Positions 9,880 through 18,965 of a DNA stretch of 64,000 nucleotides are shown in pieces. Position 1 is the stretch's first letter; every line of letters begins with the position of its first letter. Source of the stretch: Burkholderiales bacterium (lineage in GTDB: Bacteria > Pseudomonadota > Gammaproteobacteria > Burkholderiales > SG8-39); assembly GCA_038206915.1 (NCBI GenBank), contig JBBRAI010000002.1, forward strand, positions 78,079 through 142,078. The letters run 5' to 3'. Made by a program: the position numbers and the translations under genes. The notes under the pieces are model-generated. The model made no database searches. It was not told the DNA's origin and was given only the letters and a program-made list of their open reading frames with translations.

Positions 9880-10931
9880 CGCCGGTGCTCCATCAATTCC
9901 AGCGCTGCGTCCAGGACCCGCTCGACCGGGATGATTTCCAGGCAGTCGCTGCGCTTGCTCCCGCCGCAGCCGTCGAAGCCGCAGGGGCGGCAGGAGTGAT
10001 CCGATGTAATGACACGGGCGGGCACCCGCCACGGTCCCCAGATGTCCGAGCCGCTCGGGCCGAACAGCGCAACGACCGGCGTTCCGACAGCCGCTGCAAT
10101 GTGCATGGGCGCCGAGTCCATGCCGATGAACAGGCGCGCGCGCGCCGTCAACGCAGCCAGCTCTTTTAGGTTCAGTCCGCCTGCCAGGCTGGGGGCAGGG
10201 ACGGGCATGCGGACCAGAATGCGCTGAATCATTCCGGTTTCCTGCGCGTCGGGACCGCTGGTAAAGAGCAGGGGGAAGCCGTGCCCGGCCAGGCGGATTG
10301 CGAGTTCCGCAACCTTGTCTTCGGGCCAGCACTTGAACTGCCAGCGCGAGCTCGGGTGGATCAGAATGAACTTGCCCGCTTCGAGGCCGAGTTCATGCAG
10401 ATGTTTCTGCGCGCCGCGTTCGGCATCCGCACCCGGGACCATGACCAGTTTCTTGTCCGTTTCCTCCGGCCAGAGCCCGATCCGGCGCAGCGCGTCCAGA
10501 TTACATTCGACCATGTGGCGCGCGTTAGCTTGAGGATACAGATGAGTGAAGCTGTTTCGATACAGCCTGCCGGGGTGCCTCGGCGCCACCGAAATCGCCG
10601 GCCTCAAAACCCGCGCCAGCCAGGCGCCACGCGCGCTGCTGGTGAGGTGGATCATGAGGTCGTAGCGGCGCGAGCGCAAGGTCCGGAGCAGGCGCCATTC
10701 TTCGCGCAGGGAGCCGCGCTTGGCGACCAGATGCAACTGGTCCAGCGCCGGGTGCTCCGACAGCATATCGCGTGTGTCCTGATAAACCAGCGCGTCGATG
10801 TTCGCCAGCGGCAGATGCCGTTTGAGCGTGCCGAGCACCGGGCTCGCCAGCAGCACATCGCCTTGGTGGCGCAGCTTGGTGACCAGTACGCGGCGGATAC
10901 GATCAGAGTCCAGGGAGTCGCTTATGCTCAA
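9876..10931 (-). CDS. rfaQ: LPS heptosyltransferase III (GT9)
   Basis: VLVTKLRHQGDVLL, HPSSRWQFKCW, IGMDSAPMHIAAA, LFGPS. Confidence 0.8.
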   Translation of the reverse strand: MSISDSLDSDRIRRVLVTKLRHQGDVLLASPVLGTLKRHLPLANIDALVYQDTRDMLSEHPALDQLHLVAKRGSLREEWRLLRTLRSRRYDLMIHLTSSARGAWLARVLRPAISVAPRHPGRLYRNSFTHLYPQANARHMVECNLDALRRIGLWPEETDKKLVMVPGADAERGAQKHLHELGLEAGKFILIHPSSRWQFKCWPEDKVAELAIRLAGHGFPLLFTSGPDAQETGMIQRILVRMPVPAPSLAGGLNLKELAALTARARLFIGMDSAPMHIAAAVGTPVVALFGPSGSDIWGPWRVPARVITSDHSCRPCGFDGCGGSKRSDCLEIIPVERVLDAALELMEHRR

Positions 10932-11048
10932 GGTGGCTTAGGGTGCAAAACGGGCCGCAATTTTATTCGGAAGTTGCTGGCGAGTATAGCCGCAATTTCC
11001 ATGCGGTTCAGTGCGTTGAATTCGCCCGGTATGTCCGTTTCCACCGCA

Positions 11049-11508
11049 GCCAACGGCAGTGTCGCCAGCCCCCAGAATTAGCACCGGCTTTCCCGTCGCG
11101 CCGAGCACACCGCGCAGACGGCGCTCCTTCCACACGCGGTAGCCGAGCCGGCTTCCGCCGAGCATCAGGATCAGCAGCAGCGGATCGAGCAGCATCACCG
11201 AGCGCGGCACTGGCGGTTCCTGATGCGGCAGCATTACCAGCGCCAGAGCGATCATCAGGGTCGATACCCCGACAGCGAGGGCGATGCGCTGCACGTCGGG
11301 CACGCTGGCATAGCGCCAGATGCCGCGGTACATGCCGAATCCAAAAAACGAGCGCCTGCAGCGGCACCACCCACAACATCGTTCCCAGCATGTTGGAGAT
11401 GTTGTATAGCGGGACGTCCGTGTTGAAACGCAGCCAGTAGGCGAAATATCAGGCGATCGCGGCCGCAACCGCATCGTGACCCAGCGCCATCCGGTTGCGG
11501 ATATGCAT
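11049..11508 (-). pseudogene. Disrupted 5' fragment of a PglF/WbpM/CapD-type membrane-bound nucleotide-sugar dehydratase
   Basis: HDAVAAAIA-TGA-YFAYWLRFN (in-frame stop at 11449-11451); frameshift near 11345 into FGMYRGIWRYAS...PRSV...GGSRLGYR...KPVLILGAGD; homology then ends before the catalytic domain. Confidence 0.85.
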
Positions 11509-11510
11509 GC

Positions 11511-12749
11511 CTAGACAGTCGCCGCGCGCATGACTTTCGCCACTGCGTCGCAGGTATCGCGCATGTCCTGCCGGGCGAGCCCCGGGTGCAGCATGAACAT
11601 CAGGGTCGAATCGGCGAGCCGGCTCGCCGACGGCAGCGGCTCGTTCGGGCCGAGGCCGGCGTTGATGAATGCCTTTTCGAGGTAGATCTCGCTGCAGGCG
11701 CCGGTGCCGCAGGGGATGCCCTCGGCGTCCAGGGCCTCGAGGATTCTTTCCACGTTCCATCCTGGGCACAGCATTTCAGTACGGACGAAGGCGTAGTACT
11801 TGTAATAGGCATGCTCGCTATGGGCGGGCGGTGCGGCGAGTCGCAGGCCGGGAATCACGGCCAGCCCCTTTTTGAGCAGCGCGGCGTTGCGCCGCCGCTC
11901 GCCGAGCCAGTGCGGCAGTTTTGCCAGCTGCAGCCTGCCGATGGCGGATTGCATTTCGGTGATGCGCGCATTGCTGCCGAAACTCTCGTGCAGCCAGCGA
12001 AATCCATAGTGGAGCTCGCGCTCGAACACCGCGGCGTAGCTCTTGCCATGATCCTTGTGGGACCAGGCTTTCTCCCACAGCGCGCGCGAATTCGTGACCA
12101 GCATGCCGCCTTCGCCGCCGGTCGTGATGATCTTGTCCTGGCAGAAGGAGAACGCGCCGATATCGCCGATCGATCCGGTTGCGCGTCCCTTGTAACGCGC
12201 GCCCATGCTTTGCGCGCAGTCCTCGACCACGGTGAGGCCGCGCGCCTTGGCAAGGGCGAGGATTTCGTCCATTTCGCAAGGCCAGCCGGCAAGGTGCACC
12301 GCGATCACGGCCTTGCTGCGCGGGCTCAGCGCTTTCTCCAGGCTTTCGGCCGTGATGTTCTGGCTGTCGGGGTCGACGTCGGCGACCACCGGCGTTGCGC
12401 CCATGCGCACCACGCAGCTCGCCGACGCGATAAAGGTTTTGGACGGAACCACCACTTCGTCCCCCGGGCCTATGCCCAGGGCATGCAGCGCCAGTTCCAG
12501 CGCGAGCGTGCCGTTGGCGAGGGCCACGGCATACTTGACGCCGACGTAGCGCGCAAACTCGCGCTCGAATTCCTGCGACTGATCGCCGGTCCAGTAATTG
12601 ACCCGCCCGGAGCGCAGCACCGCGGCCACTGCTTCGACCTCGTCCGCGGCGAAATGCGGCCACGGCGCGAAGGGCGCTTTGCGCACGGGGGCGCCGCCAT
12701 CGAGCGCCAGGCGCTGCGCTTCATCGGCGGGCAAAGCGTCCGGCCCCAT
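11511..12749 (-). CDS. DegT/DnrJ/EryC1/StrS (PglE-like) sugar aminotransferase
   Basis: NGTLAL, VEDCAQS, FSFCQDKIITTGGEGGM (PLP lysine). Confidence 0.9.
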   Translation of the reverse strand: MGPDALPADEAQRLALDGGAPVRKAPFAPWPHFAADEVEAVAAVLRSGRVNYWTGDQSQEFEREFARYVGVKYAVALANGTLALELALHALGIGPGDEVVVPSKTFIASASCVVRMGATPVVADVDPDSQNITAESLEKALSPRSKAVIAVHLAGWPCEMDEILALAKARGLTVVEDCAQSMGARYKGRATGSIGDIGAFSFCQDKIITTGGEGGMLVTNSRALWEKAWSHKDHGKSYAAVFERELHYGFRWLHESFGSNARITEMQSAIGRLQLAKLPHWLGERRRNAALLKKGLAVIPGLRLAAPPAHSEHAYYKYYAFVRTEMLCPGWNVERILEALDAEGIPCGTGACSEIYLEKAFINAGLGPNEPLPSASRLADSTLMFMLHPGLARQDMRDTCDAVAKVMRAATV

Positions 12750-12751
12750 GC

Positions 12752-13390
12752 TCACTCCCGGGTGCGCGCGGGCACGCCGGAAATCTTCGACCCGTCCGCC
12801 ACGTCGCGGACCACGGCGGAGCCTGCGCCCACAATGACATTGCTGCCGATGCTCACTTTGGGCGTTACCGTGGTGCCTGCGCCGAGGAAGCTGCCCCGGC
12901 CGATGCTCACGTCGCCGCACAGATGGCAGCCCGGAGCAATGTGCACGCCCTCGGCGATGCGGCAGTCGTGGTCTATGGTCGCGCCGCTGTTGACGATGCT
13001 GTGAGCGCCGATGTGCGCGTCGGCATTGACCACGCAGCCTGCCATGATCACGCAGCCCGGCGCGATTTCAACGCCGCGGCTGATGCTGGCCCGCGGGTGA
13101 ACCGCGACTGCAAATTCCCAGTTCTGCGCGGACAGCAAGGCGGCGAGTGCGCTGCGACCGGCGTTGTCGCCGATGGCGACAAGGGCCAGGCGCAAACCGG
13201 ACGAACGCAGGCCAGGCAGTTCCGCCCGCGTTCCAAGCACCGTATAGCCGAAAAAGCGGTTGCCCTTGAGCGTGGCGTCGTCGTCGAGCACGCCGGCAAT
13301 GTCGAAGATGCCCTGCTGCTCGATCAGGTCGATCACGACCTTGGCGTGGCCGCCGGCGCCGAATACGAGGAGTTTTTCCTTCGATTTCAT
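12752..13390 (-). CDS. PglD/NeuD-family sugar acetyltransferase
   Basis: FGAGGHAKVV, AIGDN, hexapeptide repeats with IDHDC, GVPAR. Confidence 0.9.
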   Translation of the reverse strand: MKSKEKLLVFGAGGHAKVVIDLIEQQGIFDIAGVLDDDATLKGNRFFGYTVLGTRAELPGLRSSGLRLALVAIGDNAGRSALAALLSAQNWEFAVAVHPRASISRGVEIAPGCVIMAGCVVNADAHIGAHSIVNSGATIDHDCRIAEGVHIAPGCHLCGDVSIGRGSFLGAGTTVTPKVSIGSNVIVGAGSAVVRDVADGSKISGVPARTRE

Positions 13391-13995
13391 TTCTTTTCGC
13401 TGCTTTTCGAACCGGTGAATTTGGGCATGGTGGCGTGGCCAGGCTGCGAAATGCCCCGCGGCCGCAGCATGCGCCATGCCGTCATCGCAAGGATTCTCAG
13501 GTCGAGCCAGAATGAGCGGTGCTCGATATACCAGAGATCGAGCTCGAAACGTTCCTCCCACTGCAGCGCATTCCTGCCATTCACCTGCGCCCAGCCGGTA
13601 ATGCCCGGCCGCGCTTCGTGGCGCCGCGCCTGGCGCGCGTTGTACAAGGGCAGGTATTCCATCAGCAGCGGACGCGGCCCGACCAGACTCATATCGCCTT
13701 TGAGCACGTTGAACAGCTGCGGCAGTTCGTCCAGGCTGAATTTTCGCATCAATTTGCCCAGGGGTGTCAGCCGTGCCGCATCCGGCAGCAGCGCGCCCGC
13801 GGCGCCGCGCGTATCGGCCATGGTGCGGAATTTATAGAATTCGAACGCCGCGCCGAGGAGTCCCGGCCGCAGCTGCGCAAACAGTACCGGACGGCCCAGC
13901 GTCCAGCGCACTGCCAGGGCCAGCAGCGCGAGCAAAGGCGAAAGCGCGACCAGCAGGACGAAGGCGGACAGGAAATCGAAACTGCGCTTTAGCAT
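13387..13995 (-). CDS. PglC-type phosphoglycosyltransferase (sugar transferase)
   Basis: KRSFD, KFRTM, SLDELPQLFNVLKGDMSLVGPRP, RPGITGWAQVNGRN. Confidence 0.92.
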   Translation of the reverse strand: MLKRSFDFLSAFVLLVALSPLLALLALAVRWTLGRPVLFAQLRPGLLGAAFEFYKFRTMADTRGAAGALLPDAARLTPLGKLMRKFSLDELPQLFNVLKGDMSLVGPRPLLMEYLPLYNARQARRHEARPGITGWAQVNGRNALQWEERFELDLWYIEHRSFWLDLRILAMTAWRMLRPRGISQPGHATMPKFTGSKSSEKK

Positions 13996-14009
13996 GTGAT
14001 CGGAAATCG

Positions 14010-16091
14010 TCAGTCGGCCTGCGACGGGGCCAGCAGCGTGATGTAGTAGTCGACCCAGGCGGATGTCACGACAGCGGATGAAAAGTCGCGCGCCGCCCTG
14101 TGCCTCGCGCTTTCGCCCATGCGCCGGCGCATGCCTTCGTCGTCCGCCAGTGTAGCCATGCATAGCGCGAGCTGTCGCACGTTTCCTGCTTCGAACAGCA
14201 GGCCCGTTTCATTTTCGACAATGGCGTCGGTAATGCCATAAATGCGCGAACCGATTGCGGGCACGCCCGCCGCCGCAGCCTCGATGATGGTGGTGCCGAA
14301 TCCCTCGCGGTAGCTCGGCAGGCAAAATACGTCCGCGGCAGCGAAAAAATCCTGCGGCCGATCCGTGAGCCCGGCGAAGTGCAACCTCGCGGCACAGCCC
14401 GCAGCCGCCGCGCTGATCTCGGCGCGCAGATCGCCTTCGTCCGGGCCGACCAGGAGCAAGTGTGCTTGTGCGTGCACTGCGCCGACCTCGGCAAACGCCC
14501 GCGCCAGGTCGACCAGGCCTTTGTCGCGGTTGATGCGCCCGAGGTAGAGATATACGACCGCAGCGGGTGCCAGGCCATGGCTGGCGCGGACGCGCTCGCG
14601 CGCGGCAGCATCGGGGCGAAAGCGCGCCATATCCACGCCGCAGATGGAGCCCCGGGCAAGCACCGCCGATTTGCGCGCCGTCACGATGCCCTCGGCGATC
14701 AGGAAGTCGCGCTGCGAATGGCTGTCGGCGAGCACGTGGGTCGCCAGCTTGGCGATCATCCGGTCCACGCCTTTTAGCAGCGTCCGCATCCAGCCGCGGC
14801 GGGTAATCCAGACCTGGCCGGTGTAGCTGTGCAGGCGCAGTGGCACGCCGGCTAGCTTTGCGGCGAGCATCGCGAGCAGGCCGGCTTTGGGCGTAACCGA
14901 GTGCACCAAGTCGAAATGCTGCGCGCGGAACAGTCGGTACAGCGCCAGCAGCGCGACGAGGTCGGCCCAGGGCGCGATTGGGCGCGCGATCGGGATCGCC
15001 ACGCGGGACAACCCTGCGGGCCAGGGAAAGGACTCGTCTTCCGGCGCGAAATCGGCCACAGCCGTGACCTGGGCAATCTCGGTCAGCGCATTCAAGTGCT
15101 CGAGCATGAATGCCCTCAGGGTCAGAGGCGCAGCAACGACGATGCAAATGCGCGGCCGCTCGTGTCGATCAGGACTCTCGGAGATGGCGGAATCTGTTGC
15201 GCTAGGCGAAGGCGGCGACGCACCGGACCGCGGTTGGGACTCTTTCCAGATTTCCCTCCACCGGTTGATTTCCTCCTGCGGGGCGCCGCGCGCCTGGCGC
15301 TGGACGAACAGGCGCTGTGCCCCCGCTGCGGCCAAGGCGGCATCCGCCATGGCCTTGAGGGCGTAAGCGAGGAAGCCCAGCACCGCTTGACCGGGATGTC
15401 CCTGCGCCATGTTCACGGACCACTGCGAAATGGCGAGATGCTTGCGCGCGAGCAGGACTTTCCTTAGGGGCAGCCCGGTCTGTCGGTAGCCCAGGAGTAC
15501 TTCGGGGAGGCAGGCGAATCGGCTCGTCCGATAGCTCCGCAGCAGCAGCTCCTGATCCTCCGCCCGCACGTATTCCGGAATGCGGTAGCGGTGGCGCCGA
15601 AACCACTCGATCCTGCCCATCCATGTGGGATGGGGAAGAAAGAAGCCGCGCCACGGCGCGGCACAGATCTCGCGGTGCGTGCGGCGCAATGGTGACAGTC
15701 CAACTATGGAACCATCGCCGCGGAACAGCAGCGTTCTGCTCGCCACCAGGTCGATGTCCGGATTGCTTTCTAGGAAGTTCGCCTGTAGCTTCAAGCGCTC
15801 GGGATAGGCGATGTCGTCCTGGTCCATGCGCGCCAGATATCGCCCTCGTGCCAGGTCGATGCCCTGGTTGAGCCGGGCCGCAAGGCCTTCATTGCGCCCA
15901 TCCTGGACCACTCGCACACGGGGATCCGGCACGCCGAAGCCCGCCATGCATGCGTCGGTCGAGCCGTCGTCTATGAGAATGAGTTCCCATTCCTGGAATG
16001 ACTGGCGGAAGACGGAGCCCAGCGCCAGGGGAAGAAGCGTGCCGGCGTTATATACCGGCAGCACGATGCTGACGATGGGCGCGGGAATCAT
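14010..16091 (-). CDS. GT2-GT4 fusion glycosyltransferase
   Basis: N-terminal VSIVLPVYN/IDDGSTD/ARMDQDD (GT2); Pro/Ser linker; C-terminal HSVTPKAG...EGFGTTIIEAAAAG (GT4). Confidence 0.85.
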   Translation of the reverse strand: MIPAPIVSIVLPVYNAGTLLPLALGSVFRQSFQEWELILIDDGSTDACMAGFGVPDPRVRVVQDGRNEGLAARLNQGIDLARGRYLARMDQDDIAYPERLKLQANFLESNPDIDLVASRTLLFRGDGSIVGLSPLRRTHREICAAPWRGFFLPHPTWMGRIEWFRRHRYRIPEYVRAEDQELLLRSYRTSRFACLPEVLLGYRQTGLPLRKVLLARKHLAISQWSVNMAQGHPGQAVLGFLAYALKAMADAALAAAGAQRLFVQRQARGAPQEEINRWREIWKESQPRSGASPPSPSATDSAISESPDRHERPRICIVVAAPLTLRAFMLEHLNALTEIAQVTAVADFAPEDESFPWPAGLSRVAIPIARPIAPWADLVALLALYRLFRAQHFDLVHSVTPKAGLLAMLAAKLAGVPLRLHSYTGQVWITRRGWMRTLLKGVDRMIAKLATHVLADSHSQRDFLIAEGIVTARKSAVLARGSICGVDMARFRPDAAARERVRASHGLAPAAVVYLYLGRINRDKGLVDLARAFAEVGAVHAQAHLLLVGPDEGDLRAEISAAAAGCAARLHFAGLTDRPQDFFAAADVFCLPSYREGFGTTIIEAAAAGVPAIGSRIYGITDAIVENETGLLFEAGNVRQLALCMATLADDEGMRRRMGESARHRAARDFSSAVVTSAWVDYYITLLAPSQAD

Positions 16092-17023
16092 GACGGCCCG
16101 GCCGCGCCGGCGAAGTGATTCCACGTCTCCCCGATTCCGCTTTCGAACGGAATTTGCGCCGTCCAGCCGGAGATACCTCGCAGGCGTGAGCTGTCGAGAA
16201 CGTTTGCGGGTACGTCAAAACCGCGCGCCTGTTCGACGCGCAGCTCGATGCGAAGTCCATGGGCGGATGCAAGCGGTTCGATAGCCCTCAGCACATCCAG
16301 ATTGGATCGTCCCGCCCCGGTGCCAATGTTGTAACAGCAGCCTGGCTGTCCGAGTTCCAGCGCAGAGCATATCCCCCGTGCGATATCGGCGACATGGACG
16401 TAGTCCCGTATCGTTCCTTCACGCCCGTAGATGGTCACGCCGCGTCGGCTCAGCACACGGGCGATCGCCGCCGCGACGAATCCCTGCCCGCTCTCGGAGA
16501 ATTGCCCGGGGCCGTAGGCGTTCCCCGGCCGCACGATGATCACCGGCAGTCCGGTCAATTGGTGAAACATCAGGCCGTATTTTTCGATGGTCAGCTTGGT
16601 GATGCCGTACGGCGAAATCGGATCGGTGGGGTGTGCCTCGGTGATCGGAAGCGATTTCGCCACACCATAAACGGTACCGCCCGATGAGAGCAGCACAATT
16701 CGTTTCAGGCGCATTTCGGCGCCCAGTTTCAGCAGCGTTACGCTGGGCGGCAGATTGGCCTGGAGGTCGAATACCGGGTCCGCGAAGCTGGTCTGCGGGA
16801 CTGTCGCGTAGGCGAGATCTATGATCTCATCGGTTTGTGCGAGAAGCTGTCGCAGCAGTTGCCGGTCGCCGTAGTCCCCGCTGACGTAGCGCACGCCTGC
16901 GGGCAGCTTGCGCAGCGGCGCGGCGCTGCGCCCTACAACGGTGAGGTCCCTCCCGCTCGCCGCAAGCAGCGGCACGAGATGACTCCCGATGAAACCGCTG
17001 CCCCCGATCAGGCAGCAGCGCAT
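16088..17023 (-). CDS. NAD-dependent epimerase/dehydratase
   Basis: GGSGFIG, SSGGTVYG, YGITK (YxxxK), RDYVHV. Confidence 0.9.
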   Translation of the reverse strand: MRCCLIGGSGFIGSHLVPLLAASGRDLTVVGRSAAPLRKLPAGVRYVSGDYGDRQLLRQLLAQTDEIIDLAYATVPQTSFADPVFDLQANLPPSVTLLKLGAEMRLKRIVLLSSGGTVYGVAKSLPITEAHPTDPISPYGITKLTIEKYGLMFHQLTGLPVIIVRPGNAYGPGQFSESGQGFVAAAIARVLSRRGVTIYGREGTIRDYVHVADIARGICSALELGQPGCCYNIGTGAGRSNLDVLRAIEPLASAHGLRIELRVEQARGFDVPANVLDSSRLRGISGWTAQIPFESGIGETWNHFAGAAGPS

Positions 17024-17054
17024 AGGCGGCCTCCGGCTTGTCCTGTCCCTGGCA

Positions 17055-17930
17055 TCACATTCGAATCCAGTTGTTCGGAATCAGGTCGGAGGTGTCGCGA
17101 GAAACGTTCAAGAACCAGCGCTTCGGCGCGACCACGATTCTGGAAGGGTTTGCAGCCAGCCATGCGCCCCACCAGCTGAAGGAGCTGTTGGCAATGATCT
17201 GGTGGCTGCATGCGCGCATCAACATCAAATCCAGTTCAGGCCTTTCGGCGTTACCCTTCACAAATACTGCGGAAGAGTCCAGCGGGAGCTCGGCTCGGGC
17301 CCATTCCAGATCATCGGAAAAGACCAGGAAACGGCATCCGGGGCTGCGCTCTCTGAGCAAACTTATCGCGCGCCGATAATAATCGATAGAGCACAATCCG
17401 TGCATTTGCGCCGCGGCCTTGAGCTCGGCGAAATCTCCCCGGCGCACATGCAATCCGACACTGTTGCCGGAATGCGCGTGTTCCAGGCTTTGCGCGTTGG
17501 TGCCGGTCAGCGGCTCTTGAAGCGTGAAATCGCCGCGAATCCGGTCTGCGCTGTCGATGAAATAGCGCTCCGATTGCCAATAGCCGACCAGGCAGACGGG
17601 AGCTTGCAGCGTCCGCACGCCCGGGTCGTAGGAAAATGCGGGTTCGAAATGCCAGCGCCGAAACAAGGGGCGAAACAACGGAAGTCGCATGCCGACCTCC
17701 GTTACCCACTTTGGCCAGGTTTTGAGCTCCGCCGGCGCCGCAACTCTTGCGCGCAGCTTGAATTGCCCAAGCGCATATTCACGGCGGGAGTAAGGATGGA
17801 ACGCGAGCGTGTGCCCGAATGCGCGGGTGTCCAGTAGCAGTTCGGCGCCCAGACGGTCGGCCAGGGCCCGTCCGGCCGCGTACTGAAACATCTGGTTTCC
17901 CAGGCCTCCGGTCAATCGGGCGACAAGCAT
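17055..17930 (-). CDS. GT11 alpha-1,2-fucosyltransferase-like protein
   Basis: GGLGNQMFQY, GYWQSE, HVRRGD, FSDD, NSSFSWWGA. Confidence 0.9.
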   Translation of the reverse strand: MLVARLTGGLGNQMFQYAAGRALADRLGAELLLDTRAFGHTLAFHPYSRREYALGQFKLRARVAAPAELKTWPKWVTEVGMRLPLFRPLFRRWHFEPAFSYDPGVRTLQAPVCLVGYWQSERYFIDSADRIRGDFTLQEPLTGTNAQSLEHAHSGNSVGLHVRRGDFAELKAAAQMHGLCSIDYYRRAISLLRERSPGCRFLVFSDDLEWARAELPLDSSAVFVKGNAERPELDLMLMRACSHQIIANSSFSWWGAWLAANPSRIVVAPKRWFLNVSRDTSDLIPNNWIRM

Positions 17931-18044
17931 GTGTCGTGCTCGCTGGAACAATCTTGTGCGGTCATCGGACCGGCATTCTGCCGTGGCGTGCGGCAGCGAA
18001 CTGAGCGGCGGCGCATCTTCCGCGGAATTGCACATGCCTCCGAC

Positions 18045-18851
18045 CTAAGCCGCATTGCTTCCGCTTGGGCCGGTTTTTGTAAAGACAAAGACACCCAGTG
18101 CATAACGCTGCTGCGCCAGTGCGGACAGCTGCGCTTCGTCCAGGGAACATGCTGTCAGCCTTCCTCCCTGGTGGATGACGCTAAGGGCGGTCACCTGGAG
18201 CGCGTTATCCCGCGCAAGGCCAATAATGGCGCGAGGATCGAATACGCGGTTGGCATTGAACTCGACCCGATCGATTCCGATCGGAACCGATAGATAAAGG
18301 ATCCCGCTCGTTCTGAGCAGGCGGGCCATGTTGGCAAGGCCGCGTTCTGCACCTTTGGGATCAATCGGGTCGCCGTACCGTCCCAGGCCGAAATGTTCCA
18401 ACGCATGCAGGCAGGAGAGGGAATCGCAATAATCCGTCATTCCTTCCGCCGGCTGCATCAGGCTTGCCTGCCTGAATGTCACGCCCGGTACTTGCGCCGC
18501 GATCGGGCGTATGTCAAAAACTTCGATTTCGCGGAAACTGGCCACATGAGCGACGAACCCGTCCACCCGCGATCCGACATCCACGTGCCTCTCCGGCCTG
18601 GCTTCAAAGATCCTCCGCGCTACCAGCAAATCCTGCCAAAAATATTCGAGCTTGGTCGCCCCGGCTTCGTCGTACCAGTCCTGCAGGCAGGGTACCAATT
18701 CGAGACGCCCGACATAGCTGGAACGAAAACGCAACAGATCGCCGAAATAGCGCGGCAGGCCGAGCAATGACCTTAGCGCGACTCTCGGGGCAACGCCGAT
18801 TTGAGTCGTCAGCAGCCAATGAAGCCGCAGTGCCACTCCTTTCAGCGTCAT
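18045..18851 (-). CDS. DUF268-like (methyltransferase-fold) protein
   Basis: YFWQDL, HVDVGSRVDGFVAHVAS, SLSCLHALEHFGLGRYGDP; GAGGAG ribosome-binding site before ATG 18851. Confidence 0.75.
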   Translation of the reverse strand: MTLKGVALRLHWLLTTQIGVAPRVALRSLLGLPRYFGDLLRFRSSYVGRLELVPCLQDWYDEAGATKLEYFWQDLLVARRIFEARPERHVDVGSRVDGFVAHVASFREIEVFDIRPIAAQVPGVTFRQASLMQPAEGMTDYCDSLSCLHALEHFGLGRYGDPIDPKGAERGLANMARLLRTSGILYLSVPIGIDRVEFNANRVFDPRAIIGLARDNALQVTALSVIHQGGRLTACSLDEAQLSALAQQRYALGVFVFTKTGPSGSNAA

Positions 18852-18965
18852 GCCGGGCTCCTCATACACGCGATATACAAGCCGCGCTTGATTCCGCCAG
18901 CGCCGGCTTCAAGGGTGCGCTTGGGTTGTCAATCGGATCCATATTCAAATCGCTCGACAGTGCGT

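Noticed and set aside
1851-11348. Homopolymer A/T runs (1851, 4351, 11343) as phase-variation switches
   Set aside because: Only 6-8 nt long; two are in intact frames, and the third gene has additional irreversible lesions.
11449-11451. In-frame TGA as selenocysteine or recoding
   Set aside because: It sits at a likely Trp position in a TM segment of a gene that is also frameshifted and truncated.
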